From positions 1 to 30,691 of the IMG/VR virus record IMGVR_UViG_3300028293_000020: a stretch of 30,691 nt of DNA; one strand, given 5' to 3'. The notes under the pieces are model-generated. The model did not search any database and was not told where the DNA came from. It was given only the letters and a program-made list of their open reading frames with translations. The translations under genes and the position numbers were made by a program. Shown piece by piece: positions 25,143 through 30,691 of this stretch (position 1 is the stretch's first letter; each line of letters begins with the position of its first letter). This DNA is from a virus (Duplodnaviria > Caudoviricetes).

Positions 25143-26441
25143 ATGCTACCCAACAATCCGTTCGATTTACGACGTAGAAATAGGGCTATGAATCCTATGG
25201 GGTCAGACCCAAGGCAGGGTGGAGTTTTGCGGCAGAGTCAGAATCCTGCCCAATTCTATAATCCTCCGCCTGAGGAAGATCCTCATGAAGTCGAGCCTGA
25301 CGATGATGAGGATGATGATCCATTAGGTGGAATGACTAGCGCCTATACTGGAGCATCTACTCGGGATTTAGATGGTTTAGAGCAGACTGTGCAGAAACGT
25401 GGCGGGCTGATGTACGACGCCGCGAATATGCAAAAATATATCGATGCAATGGCTAAACTCGACGCCGAGCCGCGCCAGAAAATGGAGGCGTTTAGCCAGC
25501 ATCTAGAGAACATGCCTACTAGGGAGCAATATCAACCTGGGAAGTTAGGGAAATTCGGTGCGGCGTTGACTGGATTTGGGACTGGATATTTGGAAGGACC
25601 GAGTCGAGGCATTGTTGCGGCGCAGTCTCAGCTAGAACGTCCATACCGGCAGGCACAGGAAGAATGGGGAAATAAGATTACCCCAATGCAACATGCCGCT
25701 GAACTAGAAAGTCAAGATTTGAACCGGCGTAGTCAGGCATTGAATCGAGGTATGCAGGCAGGTATTGACTTTACCCGCCTAGGCATTGCCAGTGAAAATG
25801 CGCGGAGTCTATCTAATTCGCGTGGAGCTGCCACGGAACTTAGCCGGGCAAGACTAGCCGAACTGAAGAAAATCAAGCCAGTGGGTGCGCCGTTCTCCGA
25901 TGACAAGGGAAATCTTGTCCAGAAGATGTCTGACGGAAATGTCCAGCAACTAAAGTATCCGAACGGAACTCCAATTACTTCGCTGGAGTGGGCTAGATTT
26001 AGCGATGCTAGGAAGCAACAGCTAATCACAAATGCCCATAATGCGGCGATGCTAGATGTTGCTAAACGAAGGGCCGCGACTGGTGAGGCTAACCTTGACC
26101 TACGCGGGCAGGAACTAGATAAAGATAAGGGCGCGGTGCACCTGAATAGTGCAAATAGGATAAGTCAGGGTAGAGAAGTAGCTGCTCAGGAGCTGGTATC
26201 GGAGGAAATGTTCGCTAAGTACTTCGAGATGCTGCCTAACAATAAATGGTCCCTACAGGTTGACCCAGGCAAGATTGAGGGATTCGACCCAAATATCTAC
26301 AAATATCTTGGTAAGGAGATTGAACGTCGCGCTAAAATATACTCCCTGGGAGGGACTGACCCCAATGATCCTGGAATTGGTGATATAAATCTACCTGGAC
26401 CTAACGGGAATACTAGAGTTCCGCGTAGGAGAAATCGCTGA
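25143..26441 (+). CDS. Internal virion / DNA ejection protein 2 (putative)
   Basis: Helical, with a KLGKFGAALTGFGTG segment; middle gene of the ejection triad. Confidence 0.6.
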   Translation: MLPNNPFDLRRRNRAMNPMGSDPRQGGVLRQSQNPAQFYNPPPEEDPHEVEPDDDEDDDPLGGMTSAYTGASTRDLDGLEQTVQKRGGLMYDAANMQKYIDAMAKLDAEPRQKMEAFSQHLENMPTREQYQPGKLGKFGAALTGFGTGYLEGPSRGIVAAQSQLERPYRQAQEEWGNKITPMQHAAELESQDLNRRSQALNRGMQAGIDFTRLGIASENARSLSNSRGAATELSRARLAELKKIKPVGAPFSDDKGNLVQKMSDGNVQQLKYPNGTPITSLEWARFSDARKQQLITNAHNAAMLDVAKRRAATGEANLDLRGQELDKDKGAVHLNSANRISQGREVAAQELVSEEMFAKYFEMLPNNKWSLQVDPGKIEGFDPNIYKYLGKEIERRAKIYSLGGTDPNDPGIGDINLPGPNGNTRVPRRRNR

Positions 26442-28966
26442 TGTATCCCCCACTTCCATCAGTAGATTCTGGACGCCCGAAAATCAGATCAAAGTATACC
26501 CTCATGCCTATAACTAAGCGTGGGGTACGGATAGAAATGCCCTGGAATGAGGAGCGCGATCCTACTCCAGAGGAAATCGAAGACTTTGATTGGAAAACTC
26601 GAGCGACCGCCGCGCCAGTAGAGCGGTCTAGCGACCATGAATTTACTCCTTTTCCAGACCGCACAGCTGAAGCGCCTCCAGTAGATAAATTCGGTAAGCC
26701 GTTAGAGGATACACTCACGGAACCCGAGCATGAGCCGGATACCTATCTGGGTGGATTCTTTGGGTCAATAAAGCATGACATTCTAGGTGCTACAGTAGAT
26801 AATCCGATGCTCCAGTCTATTGCCCATCCTAAGGAGCTTAGGGATTTCATGCCCTATATTGCTCCTATGGGAGAGCAATTCCTTGGGATGCCCGGCTTTG
26901 GTAGAATGATGCGGGCAGCTAAACCTCTAGCTACGGCACTTGAGGATGTCGGTGGTCAACCTTGGGTAAAATCTGGCATTCGGGATGTGCTAGGGGATAC
27001 GGATTTAAGTCTAGAGAATCGACTCAAGACTATCAGAAACATCAGAGAATCAACGCCGCGCAATCTTGGAGATGAGGTTGGTGGAGTCGGGGATTTAGCT
27101 ACGCACGACCAGAGAATGGCGCAGCGAATCTATGATAGCGAACTGAAGGCGGCGGCTAAACGGATGGCAGTAGCCTCACCTGAATTCGCTACAATGGATA
27201 CTAAAACGCAACGCATGTTCATCAAGAAATTACAGGATGATGCAGTTGCGATGCAGGATGCCGAGCTATTAAAGAAATTCCCCAAGCCTGCCCGAGACTA
27301 CGGTATGGGTGGAGAATCTGGTTCGGTTGGACCGGGGGATTTACCGCCTAGTGCTGCGAGATCCCTTAAGATTCGTGCGGACCTCGATAAAATGCGGGAA
27401 CAGCCTTGGTTCCAAGAACTGGACAAGAAACTTCAGGAGACTATCCTAGACCAAATTCGACGTGGGGAGACAGTCCTGCCCACGGAGGCAATGCCTAAGA
27501 TTAGGAACATTGATGCTCCACCAGTTAGCTTGGGTCCAAAGGAACCCCCAAGAACCTTCATTGATTCGCCAGAATTTAATAGTCCTGAATGGCGCGCTCA
27601 AGCTGTAGCGATGGAACTAGCGGAACAGCCTACCCTTGGTGCTCCAGGTATGTGGGAGAAAGGTTCAGTTACTCCAGGAGATGTTGAGCCTATTCCTACT
27701 AGAATTGGCCAACCAGAATTGCCGGGAGTTCCACCAGTTAAACAGCCTGTGTGGAATACGGCTATGAGTGTGGCTCAAATCGGTAGACAGTCTATGTCGT
27801 CTGGTGACTTGTCTGCCCTATTTAGGCAGGCTTATTTTGTCTCCACCAGAAAGCAATTCTGGACTAACGTCATACCGATGGTTAAAGCTCTTAAAGAAGT
27901 GAACTACATTAAGGGTATGGAGGAGATTGAAAATCGGAGAACCTTCCCGCTTATGCAGAATGTAGGACTTGCCTTTACTGATCTAGGTAAAGACCTAGCG
28001 AATCGGGAAGAAAGATTCATGTCTACTCTACTAGAGGATATTCCAGTACTTGGGAAATGGCTATTTAAGCCCTCTGCTCAAGCATATACCTATGGCCTGA
28101 ATAAAATCCGCGCGGACCTATTCGATTCTATGATTCTAGAGGCGCAGCGTGGGGGGATGGAGCCAGAACGCTATGGTAAAGTGCTTCCTCAGATAGCTGA
28201 TTACATTAACATGGCTACTGGTCGAGGGAAGTTCGGGATGAAGAAGCTAGAGGAATCTGCCACGGCATTAAATGCATTCTTCTTCGCGCCGCGCTTGATG
28301 GCTTCTAGATTTCAGATACTCAATCCCCTGACCTACATGGACCCAAGGATTGATAGATTCGTCAAGACTCAGGCTATTAGGGATTTACTTGGTACTGCTG
28401 CACTATCCAGTTCGATGCTCTATCTGGCTAAGCTAGCCGGGGCTAGCGTGGAGTTGGACCCGCGCAGTGCTGATTTCGGAAAGGCTAGATTTGGAAAAAC
28501 TCGAATCGATATGACTGGCGGTATGGGGCAGTATATTCGGTTCGCCGCGCAGGTACTAACTCAAAGTTCCAAGAGCACCAATACGGGTAAGGTGAATAAG
28601 TTTGGTTCATCTCCAGTGGCTCCGACTGGATTGGATGTGGTCTATAACTTCTTCCAGAATAAAGAAGCCCCTATCCCATCATTCATCACGGGGATCTTGA
28701 GCGGTAAGGACTATAAAGGTGATCCATTTGAAGTAGGCCCGGAAGTTCTACGCCGTTACGCGCCGATGATCGCTCAGGATATCTGGGAAGTTGCCCACGA
28801 AGATCCAAAGATGCTACCCGTTACTATCCCTGCTTCTGTGCTTGGATTTGGTGTTCAGTCTTACACGCCAAAATCTAGGCGCGCTCGTGGCGGCCGTCCA
28901 GCAGTAGCGCCTGTGAATCCATTCAATAAATTCCTTTCAGGGAACGCACCGGACCTCATCCGCTAA
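26441..28966 (+). CDS. Large internal virion / DNA ejection protein 3 (putative)
   Basis: 841 aa, last gene of the module; C-terminal FFFAPRL...ELDPRSADFGK...ILSGKDYKGDP...LGFGVQSY typical of large podophage internal proteins. Confidence 0.65.
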   Translation: MYPPLPSVDSGRPKIRSKYTLMPITKRGVRIEMPWNEERDPTPEEIEDFDWKTRATAAPVERSSDHEFTPFPDRTAEAPPVDKFGKPLEDTLTEPEHEPDTYLGGFFGSIKHDILGATVDNPMLQSIAHPKELRDFMPYIAPMGEQFLGMPGFGRMMRAAKPLATALEDVGGQPWVKSGIRDVLGDTDLSLENRLKTIRNIRESTPRNLGDEVGGVGDLATHDQRMAQRIYDSELKAAAKRMAVASPEFATMDTKTQRMFIKKLQDDAVAMQDAELLKKFPKPARDYGMGGESGSVGPGDLPPSAARSLKIRADLDKMREQPWFQELDKKLQETILDQIRRGETVLPTEAMPKIRNIDAPPVSLGPKEPPRTFIDSPEFNSPEWRAQAVAMELAEQPTLGAPGMWEKGSVTPGDVEPIPTRIGQPELPGVPPVKQPVWNTAMSVAQIGRQSMSSGDLSALFRQAYFVSTRKQFWTNVIPMVKALKEVNYIKGMEEIENRRTFPLMQNVGLAFTDLGKDLANREERFMSTLLEDIPVLGKWLFKPSAQAYTYGLNKIRADLFDSMILEAQRGGMEPERYGKVLPQIADYINMATGRGKFGMKKLEESATALNAFFFAPRLMASRFQILNPLTYMDPRIDRFVKTQAIRDLLGTAALSSSMLYLAKLAGASVELDPRSADFGKARFGKTRIDMTGGMGQYIRFAAQVLTQSSKSTNTGKVNKFGSSPVAPTGLDVVYNFFQNKEAPIPSFITGILSGKDYKGDPFEVGPEVLRRYAPMIAQDIWEVAHEDPKMLPVTIPASVLGFGVQSYTPKSRRARGGRPAVAPVNPFNKFLSGNAPDLIR

Positions 28967-30180
28967 TCAATGGTTTTGGTCCGCCTAAACTTATCGTACT
29001 GGTCCCAGACCCCAGGGGGCATGACGTAAATCGTTTTTGCCCCATCCTGCTTGACCTGTATTGCTTTCTGTCCCTCCAAAGTAATAACTATCCTGTTCAA
29101 ATCGAGTGCGTCGAAATCTGCCCAGTGCTTCTCTAGAAGCCGCTCTCGACTTATCTCTCCTTTGTTCTTCCATAGTTCTTCGAGAACTATTGCTGTTGCC
29201 TCACCGAAGTTGGATTTGCCCTTTCCTTTCGTTGCTCGGCCAGCCGTATTGATTAATGGCTCACAAAGTTTGATTGCCTGTTCAATATGACCCTCCCTAA
29301 TTATCATGTCCTCACTCTGGGATAGAGAAAGTAATGAAGCAACCTTTAAGACACTATCCCCAGTCCTCTCCTCAGTCCCGGTGCGGTCCTCATTTCCATT
29401 TGTTCCTGCATTTAAATCGTGTTGCTGATACCAATAGTCGTAAATCTTTGCTGCTTGCTCGGTATTGGTAAAAGCTCCACTCAGTTTACTGATTCGTTTC
29501 AGGTAGTCACTTAGTAATATGATGTCTGGTGTCCTCCCCATCTTCTGACCGAATAAACTGGATGACCTGTGTTTCTTATCCGCCTGGATAATGAATGTGC
29601 GGCCGAAGTACCCGCCATACATATCCTTCGCGGAGACGAAATCCTGTAGATGCGCGGGGTTCGTTGCTACTAGCATTGACAGGGTGGGATTCTTCAAATT
29701 ATCCACTCCTGCCACTTTCATCATCGATCTCCACTCACCTGAGTTATAGTTCCTATCGTACAGGTCAGTCAAAATGGTCAACGCTTGAGGATTGTTAATC
29801 AACGACGAGGAGAACTCACTCGCGGTCACAAGTCCACAAGCATCAACGATAACTTTTTTGGATAGTGTAGTGTAGGCTTTTCCTAAGTCCTGCACTATCG
29901 CTTCAATAGATGACCGACCAGAGTAGACCCGAGTTAATTCATTGATCTTAACTATTCGCCGCGCAAATGATACTGGATTGGATTTCCGCAATCCTGACTT
30001 AGCCAGTAGCATGATGTAGACATTCGGATACACATTTAGTTCCTGGATACCCCCTCTCTCAACCCAGACATTATCCTTCACCGCAGCAGACAGCATCGCT
30101 AGCCCACTCCAGTACCAAAACTGCCTAGGGGATTCGTACTCATTGGTCGAATCCATCAATTCTTTGAGAAAATCCATCAT
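28963..30180 (-). CDS. DUF3987/YfjI-like P-loop NTPase (replication, primase/helicase-associated)
   Basis: ESPRQFWYWSGL...YPNVYIMLLAKSGLRKS (Walker A-like), ASEFSS (Walker B-like), GGYFGR, C-terminal winged-helix-like region. Confidence 0.75.
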   Translation of the reverse strand: MMDFLKELMDSTNEYESPRQFWYWSGLAMLSAAVKDNVWVERGGIQELNVYPNVYIMLLAKSGLRKSNPVSFARRIVKINELTRVYSGRSSIEAIVQDLGKAYTTLSKKVIVDACGLVTASEFSSSLINNPQALTILTDLYDRNYNSGEWRSMMKVAGVDNLKNPTLSMLVATNPAHLQDFVSAKDMYGGYFGRTFIIQADKKHRSSSLFGQKMGRTPDIILLSDYLKRISKLSGAFTNTEQAAKIYDYWYQQHDLNAGTNGNEDRTGTEERTGDSVLKVASLLSLSQSEDMIIREGHIEQAIKLCEPLINTAGRATKGKGKSNFGEATAIVLEELWKNKGEISRERLLEKHWADFDALDLNRIVITLEGQKAIQVKQDGAKTIYVMPPGVWDQYDKFRRTKTID

Positions 30181-30293
30181 TCATCTCTTTTACCGCCAAC
30201 TTTTCGCTTTCTTTCCTCCAGTCGCACTCGACTTAGGCTATCTAAGTATATCACCGCATAGACACCTATGACATAAACAAGTATCAGTAGCAT
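30177..30293 (-). CDS. Small single-TM protein (38 aa, not in ORF track)
   Basis: MLLILVYVIGVYAVIYLDSLSRVRLEERKRKVGGKRDE; ATG abuts the upstream TGA and the stop forms an ATGA overlap with the DUF3987 gene. Confidence 0.65.
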   Translation of the reverse strand: MLLILVYVIGVYAVIYLDSLSRVRLEERKRKVGGKRDE

Positions 30294-30542
30294 TCATTTC
30301 TCCTTTCGTGGAGGACTCAATCTCATGCGGCTTGCTACCATGTTAAGCATGTCCACCTGAGTGGTAAATGGTAAACTATAGAATGATGGTAAAAACACCA
30401 CACTCTGTATCTCTATCTCATAGAGTTTATTCATATCTCCCTTCTCGTAGATGTAATATACGTCTTTGTGAATATCGAAATTGTGGTTTCTACACCATGC
30501 TACTATCTCACCATAGGAATCTCCTACGACTACTATTCTCAT
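30294..30542 (-). CDS. Hypothetical protein (82 aa)
   Basis: AAGGA SD; coupled to neighbouring genes. Confidence 0.7.
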   Translation of the reverse strand: MRIVVVGDSYGEIVAWCRNHNFDIHKDVYYIYEKGDMNKLYEIEIQSVVFLPSFYSLPFTTQVDMLNMVASRMRLSPPRKEK

Positions 30543-30691
30543 GGTTTTTCCTTGGTTTGGCAGTTAGCACATATAGTGTCAGCATCACCTATACCGCAAT
30601 AATCAGGATTCAGGCATGGGGAATCGACGGACAGGGCGAGGGCGGCGAGGAGTTCTTCGATAAATCCTGCCATCTCGTTCACGGTTCATAC
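30539..30691 (-). CDS. Cys-rich hypothetical protein, possibly 5'-truncated by the window edge
   Basis: Frame ...MAGFIEELLAALALSVDSPCLNPDYCGIGDADTICANCQTKEKP ends in an ATGA overlap with the 30542 start. Confidence 0.45.

Larger units (their letters stand above)
1..30691. mobile_element. Bacteriophage genome segment (Caudoviricetes, podovirus-like virion module)
   Basis: Terminase, portal, scaffold, capsid, adaptor, nozzle, fibre and internal-protein genes lie in canonical order with tight ATGA/TAATG overlaps. No host housekeeping genes and no integrase in the window, so phage versus prophage cannot be decided. Confidence 0.93.

Noticed and set aside
1746-29798. Many short antisense or alternate-frame ORFs in the track (e.g. 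1746-2057, 3648-3923, 6216-6692, 15690-16205, 17192-17515, 20090-20647)
   Set aside because: They lie within or opposite well-supported genes and show no motifs; treated as shadow ORFs.
1-30691. Amber (TAG) stop-codon reassignment, suggested by abundant TAG/CTAG
   Set aside because: Long genes are intact in the standard code and many end at TAG right before the next gene (3198, 3531, 7489, 17189, 20329, 23699).

Overview
This window is about 30.7 kb of a tailed dsDNA bacteriophage genome with podovirus-like organisation: no tape-measure, tail-tube or sheath genes are recognisable. From 1552 to 28966 the + strand carries a near-continuous virion module: probable small terminase, large terminase, portal, scaffold, major capsid, head-tail adaptor, nozzle/stabilisation protein, tail fibre, a GNAT-like assembly protein and three internal (ejection-type) proteins. 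Minus-strand genes flank it. On the left is a small operon containing an Acb2/Tad1-like helical-hairpin protein. On the right is a DUF3987/YfjI-type P-loop protein plus small ORFs. The most unusual part is a ~6.9 kb cassette between terminase and portal. It ends in a 1508-aa multidomain protein, translationally coupled to the portal, with an ejection-protein-like N-terminus, an ADP-ribosyltransferase-like region, four internal repeats, an HD phosphohydrolase and a HipA/PI3K-like kinase; this is a candidate virion-delivered host-takeover or anti-defence effector. Also seen directly in the DNA are two near-consensus sigma70 promoters facing each other at 1468-1538, and a 22-bp G.U-rich intergenic hairpin at 20332-20406. 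All family assignments come from motif recognition by eye; no database search was run.
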